From Candidatus Ryanbacteria bacterium RIFCSPLOWO2_12_FULL_44_26 (lineage in GTDB: Bacteria > Patescibacteriota > Minisyncoccia > Ryanbacterales > HO2-45-13), in the NCBI GenBank assembly GCA_001821765.1, contig MHOA01000001.1:1580-65579 (forward strand): 64,000 nucleotides of DNA, in the 5' to 3' direction. Shown in pieces: positions 19,592 to 29,629 of this stretch. Numbering within the stretch: position 1 is the first letter of the stretch; every line of letters begins with the position of its first letter. The translations under genes and the position numbers were made by a program. The notes below the pieces were generated by a model. It did not search any database. It was not told where the DNA came from and was given only the letters and a program-made list of their open reading frames with translations.

Positions 19592-20110
19592 GTCTGAAGT
19601 CTACTTCCATTAAAATACATTGCAAAAAAAAATCAAGAGCTGGTTTTTTTGCATAATTCAGGATTTATCCACTGGAAACAGTGGTTTTTGTACCTCTTGT
19701 TAAAACGTTTTCCAGTGGATTTCCACATTTTGTATTCTTTATATATAACGTTGGAATCTATAAGTTTGATACGTCTTTTCACTGGGCGGGTTTATATATG
19801 GTTCGTTTTTTAAAAATACTGTTTTACTAAGCACATTTGCCAATTATGTGTTATTTGCATTCCGTGTAATGCGCCGTTTTTTTATATTATAAACTTCTTA
19901 TACCTTTACCTTTAAAAGTCAGATTGTCGGGTTTATTTGCTTCGTCATATATTCTGTATTTATAGTCGCATCTTTCCGATTACTGCTTAAGGGTAGCAGT
20001 TTTGTAAAGAAAGCCGTTTTACACTGTATGCTGGTATGTTGTCCGTTTTTAACATATTTGCATGCAATATGTGTTTTGCCTGCATGTATGCTACAGTTGG
20101 CATTGGTATT

Positions 20111-20965
20111 ATGAAGGTGTCAATCGGTATCGTTGGGTTGCCAAATGTAGGAAAATCAACGCTTTTTAAGCTTTTAACGGGGCGCAAGGTTCATATCGCG
20201 AATTATCCCTTTGCGACTGTGGATCCGAATGTCGGCGTCGTGCCTGTCCCCGATGAGCGTCTTAAAAAACTTGTGGATTTACTGAAAGTGGAGAACATAA
20301 CACCTGCGGTGGTGGAGTTTTACGATATTGCAGGGCTTGTAAAAGGCGCGAACAAGGGTGAAGGACTTGGAAATCAGTTTCTCTCTCATATTAGAAATGT
20401 TGCAGTTATTGTTGAGGTTGTCCGGTGTTTTCGCGATGATTCGGTAGCTCATATAGAAAGCGGGATTGATCCGATAAGAGATATGGATATTGTTGATTTG
20501 GAACTTCGGTTAAAAGATGAAGAGTCGGCAGAGAAGGAAAACCTGCTTTCCAAAAAACCAAAGATTATCTTGCTGAATGGCAGCGATCAGGATGTTTTAA
20601 AAGATGTAAAAGAACATATCCGTTCTATAAATACTCCATTTATCGTTGCTGATTTGGCAAAAGTTGACGGAGTGGAGCAGCTTATCAAGGAGGCTTTTCA
20701 AAGACTAAATCTTATAAACTTTTTTACTATAAATCCGACCGAAGTGCGTGCGTGGCCTATAAAGCGAGGAACAAAAGCGCCCCAGGCTGCTGGCGTCATT
20801 CACAGCGATTTCGAGAGGAGTTTCATAAAAGCTGAAGCGATACACTGGAAGGAGTTGATGAATGCCGGAGGATGGTCTCAGGCAAGAAAAACAGGGAAGA
20901 TACGCTTGGAAGGGAAGGAGTACATCGTAGAAGACGGCGATGTGTTATTTATTCGTCATGGATGA
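20111..20965 (+). CDS. ychF: Obg-family ATPase YchF with shortened helical domain
   Basis: GIVGLPNVGKSTLF, ANYPFATVDPN, DIAGLVKGANKGEGLGNQFL, TGS domain AAGVIHSDFE. Confidence 0.95.
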   Translation: MKVSIGIVGLPNVGKSTLFKLLTGRKVHIANYPFATVDPNVGVVPVPDERLKKLVDLLKVENITPAVVEFYDIAGLVKGANKGEGLGNQFLSHIRNVAVIVEVVRCFRDDSVAHIESGIDPIRDMDIVDLELRLKDEESAEKENLLSKKPKIILLNGSDQDVLKDVKEHIRSINTPFIVADLAKVDGVEQLIKEAFQRLNLINFFTINPTEVRAWPIKRGTKAPQAAGVIHSDFERSFIKAEAIHWKELMNAGGWSQARKTGKIRLEGKEYIVEDGDVLFIRHG

Positions 20966-20977
20966 TAACATGTTTTC

Positions 20978-21283
20978 ATGAAACCGGTTGATGTTCGCAG
21001 TTTTAAGGGGATCTTTTTTCAAATGTTTCATCAGACGCCGCTTTCTCAGATCGGTGTTATGACCATAAAGCCCGGGGAAGATTCCGGGTCAGAGGAAATT
21101 CATAAAGGAGATCAAATTGTTTATATTATTGAAGGAACAGCAAAAGTCGAGATCGGAAAGGAAACATACCATCTCACCGAAGGTGTCATTGCCACAGTTC
21201 CTGCCGGAACCAAGCACCATATTTATAATGGCGGCGACAGCGGTCTTTTTTTTCTGACGATTTATACACCGCCCGCTTATTGA
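20978..21283 (+). CDS. Cupin domain protein
   Basis: EEIH.GDQIVYIIEG...VPAGTKHHIYN...TIYTPPAY. Confidence 0.85.
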   Translation: MKPVDVRSFKGIFFQMFHQTPLSQIGVMTIKPGEDSGSEEIHKGDQIVYIIEGTAKVEIGKETYHLTEGVIATVPAGTKHHIYNGGDSGLFFLTIYTPPAY

Positions 21284-21301
21284 TATTTTTTTTCGGAACC
21301 A

Positions 21302-22033
21302 TTGATGCCGGACTTGGCATTGGAAATTATTGATTTGATAAAAATGTACGGCTCAACTCCTGCCGTTCGCGGTGTTTCCTTTTCTATAAAGCGCGGTGAA
21401 TTCTTCGGCTTTCTAGGTCCTAATGGCGCGGGTAAAACAACAACGATCAATTGTATTACGGGCATTGCTACCCCGTCGGAAGGAACAGTAAGAGTGTTCG
21501 GGATTGACGCTGTAACCAACTATCGAGAAACACGCAGGCTGGTCGGTCTTTCCCCGCAGGAGTTTAATGTGGATATTTTTGCCACAACGCGCGAGATTCT
21601 TCATTATATTGCAGGGTTTTACGGAATCAGAAAGCGAGACAGGGAACCGAAAATTGAAGAGCTTTTAAAACGTTTTGAATTAACAAGCCATGCAGAAAAA
21701 CAGTTTCGCGCGCTTTCCGGAGGATTAAAGCGGCGGGTTATGCTTGCACGGGCAATGGTACATGATCCCGATCTTTTGATACTTGATGAGCCGACTGCCG
21801 GAGTGGATGTTCAATTGCGGCATGATCTGTGGCGTTTTTTAAGAGAGATCAATGCCGAAGGAAAAACGATTTTACTTACTTCACACTATCTCGAAGAGGT
21901 TGAAATGCTTTGCGGCCGCATCGCAATCATTCACGACGGGAAGATTATCGCAATAGGAGACAAATCGGCATTTATATCAGGCGGTAAAAAGCTTGAACAG
22001 CGATTTTTAGAGTTAACAGGAAGTGAACAATGA
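21302..22033 (+). CDS. ABC-2 transporter ATP-binding protein (YadG-like)
   Basis: GPNGAGKTT, LSGGLKRR, ILDEPTAGVD. Confidence 0.92.
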   Translation: MMPDLALEIIDLIKMYGSTPAVRGVSFSIKRGEFFGFLGPNGAGKTTTINCITGIATPSEGTVRVFGIDAVTNYRETRRLVGLSPQEFNVDIFATTREILHYIAGFYGIRKRDREPKIEELLKRFELTSHAEKQFRALSGGLKRRVMLARAMVHDPDLLILDEPTAGVDVQLRHDLWRFLREINAEGKTILLTSHYLEEVEMLCGRIAIIHDGKIIAIGDKSAFISGGKKLEQRFLELTGSEQ

Positions 22034-22797
22034 ACGTAAACTGGATTGGTCTTGGGACGTTTGTGTTAAAAGAGATAAACAGGATGTTTCGCGTTGTTTT
22101 ACAGACGCTTATCAGTCCCTGGATTAGCGCGGTACTATATATATTGATATTCGGCAAAGTAATCGGCAGCAGAATTGACCTTATAGCGGGAGTGAAATAC
22201 ATAGACTTTGTGCTTCCCGGGATTTTAATGATGAATATTATTTCTTCATCTTTTACACAGGTTTCTTCATCTCTTTATTTTCAGCGTTTTGCGCGCCACA
22301 TAGAAGAAATACTGGTCGCTCCGTTTTCCTATCTTGAGATGATTGTTGCGTATGTGGTTGGAGGAGTTGTAAGGGGGCTGATTGTTGGGCTTGGGGTATA
22401 TATAATCGCTATATTTTTTACCGAAGCCAGCATAGAACATTTTTGGATATTTTTGTTTTATGCTTTTTCGGTTTCAATGGTATTCTCGCTTTTGGGACTG
22501 CTTGTTGGGCTTTGGGCCGATGGATTTGAACAACTCAACGTGCTTAATATATTTGTCATTTTGCCGCTCAGTTTCCTCGGCGGCGTGTTTAATTCCATCT
22601 ATATGCTGCCGGAAGGCGCGCAGACGTTTGCACGGTTAAATCCATTTTTTTATTTTATTGACGGGCTTCGGTACTCTATGGTTGGTATCAGCGAGGCGAA
22701 CACCATCATTGGGCTTTTCATCATATTTATCAGCATTGCGGGACTCGGCGCGCTTGGATGGTATTTGTTTAAGATTGGATATAAAATACGCTCGTGA
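22030..22797 (+). CDS. ABC-2 permease (YadH-like)
   Basis: KEI.RMFRV..QTLISP, YIDFVLPGILMM, PLSFLGGVF, NPFFYFIDGLRY. Confidence 0.92.
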   Translation: MNVNWIGLGTFVLKEINRMFRVVLQTLISPWISAVLYILIFGKVIGSRIDLIAGVKYIDFVLPGILMMNIISSSFTQVSSSLYFQRFARHIEEILVAPFSYLEMIVAYVVGGVVRGLIVGLGVYIIAIFFTEASIEHFWIFLFYAFSVSMVFSLLGLLVGLWADGFEQLNVLNIFVILPLSFLGGVFNSIYMLPEGAQTFARLNPFFYFIDGLRYSMVGISEANTIIGLFIIFISIAGLGALGWYLFKIGYKIRS

Positions 22798-23426
22798 ATA
22801 TCGGCGTTTCCAAGATAGTTTCCATTAGTGTTATAATTGTTCTTGTTGCTGGTGGTTTGTTTTTTGTCAAAAGTGTATTAAAAACGGATACGCCCGCCAG
22901 TGTAGAAGGCGAGTTGACAAAGAAAGAATCTTTAACAAAAAATCAGGCAATGAATCAAAAAATCAAAGATTCCATGCATATTTCAAGCCGTGCATTTGAA
23001 CATAATTCATCAATTCCATCCAAATATACCTGTGATGGGGAGAACATTAATCCGCCGTTCTCTGTTTCTGATGTTCCCGAAGGGACGGTCAGTTTGGTAT
23101 TCATCATGGATGATCCTGATGTGCCGACATATATCAGGAAAGATGGTATGTGGGATCATTGGGTGAAATTTAATATTCCTCCAATCCTAACAGTGATTGA
23201 AGAAGGCAAAGAACCGCCGGGTACTTCCGGAGCAGGCACTTCTGGTAACATAAAATATCACGGCCCGTGCCCTCCTGACAGAGAACACCGGTATTTCTTT
23301 AAAATATATGCGCTCAACGCAGAACTTGATCTTGAAGAAGGAGCGTCAAAAAAGGATGTTGAAACAGCTATGGCTGAGCACATTCTTGATAGCGCGGAAC
23401 TCATAGGACTTTATAGCAGGAAGTAA
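22794..23426 (+). CDS. YbhB/YbcL family PEBP (Raf kinase inhibitor-like) protein
   Basis: YTCDGENINPP, MDDPDVP, WDHWV.FNIP, GPCPPD.EHRYFFK.YAL. Confidence 0.92.
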   Translation: MNIGVSKIVSISVIIVLVAGGLFFVKSVLKTDTPASVEGELTKKESLTKNQAMNQKIKDSMHISSRAFEHNSSIPSKYTCDGENINPPFSVSDVPEGTVSLVFIMDDPDVPTYIRKDGMWDHWVKFNIPPILTVIEEGKEPPGTSGAGTSGNIKYHGPCPPDREHRYFFKIYALNAELDLEEGASKKDVETAMAEHILDSAELIGLYSRK

Positions 23427-23441
23427 CACGCATATTAATGT

Positions 23442-23795
23442 ATGAATGGAAAGAGACAATTTTATATCGCTGCATTTTCTGTTCTGGGTGTTTTAGTCGG
23501 GTTTCTGTTCCACGCGGTTTTGGAGATTTGGTATATCGGGCTTTTACTTTCTAACTTCGGACAGTATGGCCTCGGACTTTCATGGGACCATTGGGAGGTT
23601 GTGCATCACGCCGGACTTGCGATATTGCTTATTGGCGGGGTATTGATTGGTTTTTGGCAGGGGAACGTGTGGTGGCATCGCTTGTATGAAACAGATTATT
23701 TACTTCCTCATCGTTTTTCTTTAAAAAAGAAACTGTTTATAGCAGCGATTGTTTTGATACTTTTTATCCTGGTTTTTTTAAACCGTGTTTCGTAA
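23442..23795 (+). CDS. Hypothetical membrane protein
   Basis: Three hydrophobic segments; lies within the operon. Confidence 0.7.
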   Translation: MNGKRQFYIAAFSVLGVLVGFLFHAVLEIWYIGLLLSNFGQYGLGLSWDHWEVVHHAGLAILLIGGVLIGFWQGNVWWHRLYETDYLLPHRFSLKKKLFIAAIVLILFILVFLNRVS

Positions 23796-24099
23796 AATTC
23801 CATATAAGGTGAAGAGTTTTAAAGCTAAGGTTTTAACCGTTGTTACGAAAATTCCAAAAGGGGAGACTGTAACATATAAAGAAGTTGCCTCGCGCGCCGG
23901 AAATAAAAATGCTTATAGGGCCGTTGGAAACATTTTAAGGAGTAACTATCATCCAAACATTCCCTGCCATCGCGTTGTTGGTTCAAATGGCCGCCTTGGC
24001 GGTTATAATCGCGGCGTTAAAAGGAAAATCATACTTCTTCAAAAAGAAGGGTGTTTGCTGAGCTGTTTATATCCGCGAGCTGGCGGAGCAGAAGGCTAG
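23785..24099 (+). CDS. O6-alkylguanine-DNA alkyltransferase (MGMT family, C-terminal domain only)
   Basis: IPKGETVTYKEVA, RAVGN, active site PCHRVV; start may be the GTG at 23809. Confidence 0.9.
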   Translation: MFRKIPYKVKSFKAKVLTVVTKIPKGETVTYKEVASRAGNKNAYRAVGNILRSNYHPNIPCHRVVGSNGRLGGYNRGVKRKIILLQKEGCLLSCLYPRAGGAEG

Positions 24100-24444
24100 A
24101 GATGATCACTTGTCTTGATACACTTCGCGCGAATCCGGCATTGGGCAATTCGTTACGATGATGACGAATTGCCAAATTTTTAACTACAGGGGAAGGTTCG
24201 GTTTGTTTTTCTGAAACGACGGAGGCTGTTTTCATTATCTGCTCGCTATAGAACCCCGACTCTTATCTATGATGACGAGCAAAAATTCCGTGATGCGTTG
24301 CCGCAAGTCAATAGAAACCCTCCATGACGGTCATTCTTCCCGAAATGCTCATATAGATATTATTATGCTATCAGTTGAATTTCTGCTCTGTTTTTTCGTT
24401 ATGAATTCAAATAATGTCAGCATGTATGGTAACATATAATATAT

Positions 24445-26232
24445 ATGATATCGGGCATTTCTGAACTTGCGGTTGTGATAACGATAGCGGCGTTTTTGGG
24501 TGTTCTTGCAAAACTGTTTCGTCAGCCACTTATCCTTGCATATCTGGCGACGGGCGCGCTGATCGGCGCCGGATCAAAGTTGGAAGTATTGAGCATTCCT
24601 CAACTTGGCGATGGAGAGATGTTTCAGCTTTTTGCTGATTTGGGCATTATGTTTTTGCTCTTTTTGGTTGGCTTGGAGGTGAATTACAAATCGGTGCGGC
24701 TTGTCGGCAAAGCTTCATTAGCGGTAGGGCTTTTGCAGATTCTTTTTACGTTTGTTATTGGGTACGGCATCGCATCGTTTCTAGGTTTTTCGGTGATAGA
24801 AGCTGTGTATATTTCTATAGCGCTTACGTTCTCAAGTACCATTATCGTCGTAAAACTGCTTTCCGAAAAAAAACAAATAAACAGCCTCTATGGGAGAATC
24901 AGCATCGGGCTTCTGCTGGTGCAGGATTTTGTCGCTATTTTTATTTTAATGGCGCTCGCCGGCATGCAGGCAGGAGGAGTATATGTGTTTTCGGGCGTGG
25001 TTTTAAAAATAGTTATCGGTGTTTTGCTTTTTGCAACAATGCTCTGGCTTGGAAGGAGCGTTTTTCCTTATTTATTTGATAAAGTTGCGCGTTCGCAGGA
25101 GCTGCTTTTTCTTATAAGTCTTGCATGGGTGTTTTTGGTTGTCGCAGTTGTGTACCGGTTTGGTTTTTCACTGGAGATAGGAGGGTTTTTGGCGGGCATC
25201 GCGCTTGCAAACGCATCGGAGCATTATCAAATAGCGAGCCGCGTGAGATCACTTCGGGATTTCTTTATTTTGATATTTTTTGCCATTTTAGGATCGTCTC
25301 TTCTTTTTTCAAATCTTTCAGGAGTTGTCCTGGCCGTTGTGGTTTTTTCTCTGTTTGTACTCATCGGCAATCCGCTTGTTGTTTTGGTTGTGATGGGCCT
25401 TATGGGATATAGGAAACATACCAGTTTTCTTACCGGTATTACCATTGCGCAGATTTCTGAATTCAGTCTGGTGCTTGCTGTGCTCGGCATGAAATTGGGG
25501 CACATCAATAACACGATTGTTTCTCTTATTACAGCGGTCGGTATTATTACCATAACCCTTTCTACGTATGCTGTCGTACACGCCAATTACCTTTACCGTG
25601 CCGGCAGAAGACTTCTTTCCGTTTTTGAAAGGCGGATAGCGGTTCGGGAGCTTAGTTTTGCCCGGGATGTCTCCAAACCGATTATCATTGTAGGATTTGG
25701 ACGGACTGGTCAAAGTGTCGCTATGCATCTTAAAAAAGAAGACCTTCTTGTGATTGATTTTGATCCGGAGATTATTCATGCACTCGGGAAAAGCGGGTAT
25801 GTATTTATGTTTGGAGATGCCGTTGATGATGGAATTTTTGAACAAGTTGATCTTTCTAAAACAAGGTTGCTTATTTCCACCAGTCCGACACTTGAAGATA
25901 ACATGTCGCTTCTTGAAATTGTGAAGCGTCATAATATTGAGTTTAGAAGTACAGACGCTCCGTTGTTAAAGGCGATTTTACGCGCCGAAGATGACACTAT
26001 TGCTGATTTGTTATATAAAGCGGGCGCCGATTACGTTCTTTTGCCGCATTTTACATCCGGACATTATTTGGGGTCCATCATTGCCGGTGACATTGAACTG
26101 AAAACCTTGGAAAGCGCAAGGCGACGAGAAATAATGATGCTTCGCAGGAAAGACACGGAATCCGTCTCTTTTGTCTTGGAAGGGCCGCTTCATACGAAAG
26201 GAGAGGTGAAAAATTTACAGAAATTTATGTGA
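24445..26232 (+). CDS. CPA2 (Kef-type) cation/H+ antiporter with TrkA-N domain
   Basis: About 13 TMs, LGIMFLLFLVGLE, SSTIIVVKLL, LLVQD, AQISEFS; GFGRTG Rossmann motif. Confidence 0.92.
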   Translation: MISGISELAVVITIAAFLGVLAKLFRQPLILAYLATGALIGAGSKLEVLSIPQLGDGEMFQLFADLGIMFLLFLVGLEVNYKSVRLVGKASLAVGLLQILFTFVIGYGIASFLGFSVIEAVYISIALTFSSTIIVVKLLSEKKQINSLYGRISIGLLLVQDFVAIFILMALAGMQAGGVYVFSGVVLKIVIGVLLFATMLWLGRSVFPYLFDKVARSQELLFLISLAWVFLVVAVVYRFGFSLEIGGFLAGIALANASEHYQIASRVRSLRDFFILIFFAILGSSLLFSNLSGVVLAVVVFSLFVLIGNPLVVLVVMGLMGYRKHTSFLTGITIAQISEFSLVLAVLGMKLGHINNTIVSLITAVGIITITLSTYAVVHANYLYRAGRRLLSVFERRIAVRELSFARDVSKPIIIVGFGRTGQSVAMHLKKEDLLVIDFDPEIIHALGKSGYVFMFGDAVDDGIFEQVDLSKTRLLISTSPTLEDNMSLLEIVKRHNIEFRSTDAPLLKAILRAEDDTIADLLYKAGADYVLLPHFTSGHYLGSIIAGDIELKTLESARRREIMMLRRKDTESVSFVLEGPLHTKGEVKNLQKFM

Positions 26233-26415
26233 GTGCCGCAAATGCCTGCAATGCCTCTTTGTGCTTTGGCATACTTGTTTCTTCACATAACCAATCACCA
26301 AGTAATCAATCATCACATGGGTTGAATATTGGTTATTGTAATTTGGAATTTGTTTGGTTGTTGTATCTTGGTTATTGCATCTTTTTGTTTAAGGGTAATG
26401 AGATGATGAGGAATT

Positions 26416-27195
26416 ATGAACACACGTACTCTTTTATCATGGAACGTAAACGGCATTCGGGCCATTGAGCGCAAGGGCTTTTTGGATTGGTTTTTGAACA
26501 GCGGAGGTGATATTGTTGCTCTTCAGGAAACGAAGGTATCTGATTTTTCATCACTGAGCGATACACTTCAGCATCCGGCTGGATTTCATGCGTATTGGAA
26601 TTCTTGCGTTGAAAAGAAAGGGTATAGCGGCGTTGTTGTTTATACCAAGATTGAGCCGCGGAGGGTGAAGACTGATTTCGGAGATAATTTTCTTTCTCAA
26701 GAAGGAAGGATGATTGAGTGTGATTTTGGGACGTTTGTTTTGCTTAATGCTTATTTCCCAAACGGCGGATCGGGAGAGAAACGACTGCAATATAAACTTA
26801 CGTTCTACAATCAGTTTCTTCCGTATGTGAAAGAACTGGCAAAGTCCGGCAGACACGTTATCTTTTGCGGAGATGTAAACACCGCGCATAAGGAAATTGA
26901 CCTCGCGCGCCCAAAAGAAAACAAAAATAATACAGGTTTTTTGCCGATAGAGCGGAAGTGGATAGACGATGTTATAAATGCCGGTTTTATTGATACTTTT
27001 AGAATGTTTAACAGTGAAGGGGGATATTACACGTACTGGGATCTCAAAACGTTCGCTCGTGATAGAAATGTCGGGTGGCGCATTGATTATTTTTTTGCCA
27101 GTGAATCGCTTAAGAGTCGGGTTAAGGATGCGTTTATTGCGGCGGATGTTTTGGGATCGGACCATTGCCCGATCGGCATTATAATCAACGTTTAA
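26416..27195 (+). CDS. xth: Exodeoxyribonuclease III
   Basis: SWNVNGIRA, LQETK, GYSGV, YFPNG, GDVNTAH, GWRIDYF, GSDHCP. Confidence 0.95.
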   Translation: MNTRTLLSWNVNGIRAIERKGFLDWFLNSGGDIVALQETKVSDFSSLSDTLQHPAGFHAYWNSCVEKKGYSGVVVYTKIEPRRVKTDFGDNFLSQEGRMIECDFGTFVLLNAYFPNGGSGEKRLQYKLTFYNQFLPYVKELAKSGRHVIFCGDVNTAHKEIDLARPKENKNNTGFLPIERKWIDDVINAGFIDTFRMFNSEGGYYTYWDLKTFARDRNVGWRIDYFFASESLKSRVKDAFIAADVLGSDHCPIGIIINV

Positions 27196-27288
27196 TGGTC
27201 TTTCTATGCTTTAGTGCCCTCTGTTCCGATTTTGGACTTTTAACTTCGGAGCTTTGGCTTTTTTGTAGATGTTTGATTTAAGACTATC

Positions 27289-28056
27289 ATGCACACACTG
27301 CGCACGCGTTTTAAAAAAGATATCGTTGCTGAATTCCTTCCCCCTTCGGGAAGCCAGGCTTCCCATTCCTACAAGGAGAGAGTGGTTATTTTTTGCGATG
27401 GTTTGCCAAGTGTTCCTTCAAAAAGATCACTGTTGGAGTTTTTTTCCAAGAAAGGATACTGGGTGTTTCATCCAAGATATCGTGGGACGTGGGAAAGCGG
27501 AGGAAGGTTTTTAAAAAAATCGCCTCATGAAGATATTTTGGACGTTATTTCTGCGTTGTCGGGCGGATTTCGCGATTTTTGGAGCAACAAAAAATATACA
27601 GTGAGGCCTGACCATCTCTATGTGATAGGGTCAAGTTTCGGCGGCACTGCCGCTATTTTAGCTTCCGGGGATCCTCGGGTGACAAAAGCAGTGGCAATTG
27701 CTCCTGTTGTTGACTGGACACGCAAAAGCAGAGCCGAACCGATTGATTGGCTCGCAAAGTTCACTAAAAGAGCATTTGGGCAGGGTTATCGTTTTTCACA
27801 TTCAGATTGGAGGAAACTTGAAGGCGGAAAATTTTATAACCCTTTTGGCATGATAGAACGTATCAACGGAACAAAACTTTTGATCATTCATGCCAATGAC
27901 GATGATGTTGTTTCTTTTAAACCCGTAAAGACGTTTGCGAAACATACGGGCTGTACATTCGTTCCGGTTAAAAAAGGAGGACATCTTTCCTCATCTATTC
28001 TTTTAAAAAAGCGTTTTTACAGGCGTTTCCAAGAATTTATAAAGAAAAAGATGTGA
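27289..28056 (+). CDS. Alpha/beta hydrolase
   Basis: PRYRGTWESGG, GSSFGG nucleophile elbow, IIHANDD, GGH. Confidence 0.85.
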   Translation: MHTLRTRFKKDIVAEFLPPSGSQASHSYKERVVIFCDGLPSVPSKRSLLEFFSKKGYWVFHPRYRGTWESGGRFLKKSPHEDILDVISALSGGFRDFWSNKKYTVRPDHLYVIGSSFGGTAAILASGDPRVTKAVAIAPVVDWTRKSRAEPIDWLAKFTKRAFGQGYRFSHSDWRKLEGGKFYNPFGMIERINGTKLLIIHANDDDVVSFKPVKTFAKHTGCTFVPVKKGGHLSSSILLKKRFYRRFQEFIKKKM

Positions 28057-28277
28057 GAATATTTATTGAGGCAAAGCCAAACGCCAAGCAAAACAAAGTG
28101 GAGAAAATTGATAAAGCGCATTTTAAAGTGTCGGTGACGTCTCCTCCTGTTAACGGAAAAGCAAATGAAGCGATTATTCGCGTGCTTGCTGAATATTTTA
28201 ATGTTTCACCGTCGCATATAAACATTGTCAGCGGACATACGAATCGGAGAAAAGTTGCAGAGATTAAAAATATTTGA
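28053..28277 (+). CDS. DUF167 (YggU) family protein
   Basis: KPNAK, V.SPPVNGKANEAII..LAEYF.V..S.I.IVSG.T.R.K. Confidence 0.9.
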   Translation: MRIFIEAKPNAKQNKVEKIDKAHFKVSVTSPPVNGKANEAIIRVLAEYFNVSPSHINIVSGHTNRRKVAEIKNI

Positions 28278-28305
28278 AATTGCGTTTTCATACCTGGCTC
28301 GGAAC

Positions 28306-29127
28306 ATGCACAGCGATAAGCGTAAGGGAAAAATAGGGATTTTTGATTCCGGACTTGGAGGTTTATTGATTATGCGCGGCATAGTGAAGAGCTTGGCGGA
28401 GTATGACTATGTGTATCTGGGTGATACTGCGCGTGTGCCGTACGGCAACAGATCCAAGCGCACCATTTATCAGTTTACCGAAGAAGCGGTTCGGTATCTT
28501 TCGGGTAAGGGATGTGAACTGATTATTGTCGCCTGCAACGCGGCGTCTGCTCAAGCACTCCGTAAAATTCAGCGTTCCTTTCTTCCGCGCTGGCACAGGA
28601 GTGTAAGAGTGTTGGGGGTAGTGGTTCCAACACTGGAAGAAGTTTTTGATATAAAAGGTTCGCGTATCGGTGTCCTCGCAACACAAGGGACTGTTGATTC
28701 TTCTGTTTTTACAAAAGAATTAAGGAAAATAAACCCCAAAGCGAAAATTTTCGAACAATCCGCGCCTCTTCTAGTGCCGCTTATTGAGCATGACGGTCTT
28801 CGGTGGTCAGGCCCGATACTCCGCTTTTACATTGATCCCCTTTTAAAAAAGCGCATAGATACGCTTGTTTTGGGGTGTACGCACTATCCGGTTCTAAAAC
28901 ATACTATACGGAACATGGTTGGTAAAGGCGTTCGCGTTATTTCACAAGATGAGATCATTCCAAAAAAACTGAATGAGTATCTTGTAAGGCATCCGGAAAT
29001 AGAAAAGAGACTTCACAGAAACCGCGGCAGAACGTTCATTGTTTCAGATATGACAGACCATTTTCGTAACAGAGCTCGTAAATGGTTTGGGAACCATGTT
29101 ACATTGAAGATGGTGAAATATTATTGA
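28306..29127 (+). CDS. murI: Glutamate racemase
   Basis: IGIFDSGLGGL, DTARVPYG, VACNAAS, LVLGCTHYP. Confidence 0.95.
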   Translation: MHSDKRKGKIGIFDSGLGGLLIMRGIVKSLAEYDYVYLGDTARVPYGNRSKRTIYQFTEEAVRYLSGKGCELIIVACNAASAQALRKIQRSFLPRWHRSVRVLGVVVPTLEEVFDIKGSRIGVLATQGTVDSSVFTKELRKINPKAKIFEQSAPLLVPLIEHDGLRWSGPILRFYIDPLLKKRIDTLVLGCTHYPVLKHTIRNMVGKGVRVISQDEIIPKKLNEYLVRHPEIEKRLHRNRGRTFIVSDMTDHFRNRARKWFGNHVTLKMVKYY

Positions 29128-29193
29128 ATGAACGTATCGGCATGAAATCAATCGCGGCGGTTGCCGCATTTATAAGCGGTGTGTATTTTAACA

Positions 29194-29595
29194 ATGCGCT
29201 TTCAAATTGAAACAAAGGGCCATTACGATTTTATTGATATTACGGATCAGGTGGCGTCGTGTATCGCAAGATCAGGGAAAGCAGGCGGCACGGCGTTTGT
29301 GTTCGCTCCCGGCACGACATGCGCTCTTATAACCATGGAATACGAAGAGGGCATTATAAAAGATCTCACTGCGCTTTTAGAGAGGCTGGCTCCCCAAAAC
29401 ACAGAGTATGAGCACCATAAAAGATGGGGAGATCATAACGGCGCAGCACACATAAAATCAGCGCTGATGGGAACTGACGTTGCTCTTCCGGTACAGAACC
29501 GTGTATTACAAATCGGAACATGGCAGAGAATTGTGTTTATTGATTTTGATGAGCGTCCCCGAACGCGTGAGGTTATAATGGAAGTATTCGGTTGA
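29194..29595 (+). CDS. yjbQ: YjbQ/UPF0047 family protein
   Basis: DITDQV, EYE.G...DL, YEHH..WGD.NG.AH.KS.L.G, GTWQRI.F.DFD. Confidence 0.9.
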   Translation: MRFQIETKGHYDFIDITDQVASCIARSGKAGGTAFVFAPGTTCALITMEYEEGIIKDLTALLERLAPQNTEYEHHKRWGDHNGAAHIKSALMGTDVALPVQNRVLQIGTWQRIVFIDFDERPRTREVIMEVFG

Positions 29596-29629
29596 GCGTC
29601 GTTTGATAAAGGCCGTTTGTTTATGAGGC

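Noticed and set aside
24029-24360. Possible riboswitch or ORF upstream of the Kef antiporter (hairpin GGCAATTCGT..ACGAATTGCC)
   Set aside because: No c-di-AMP or fluoride riboswitch consensus recognised; only one hairpin; the minus-strand ORF has no support.
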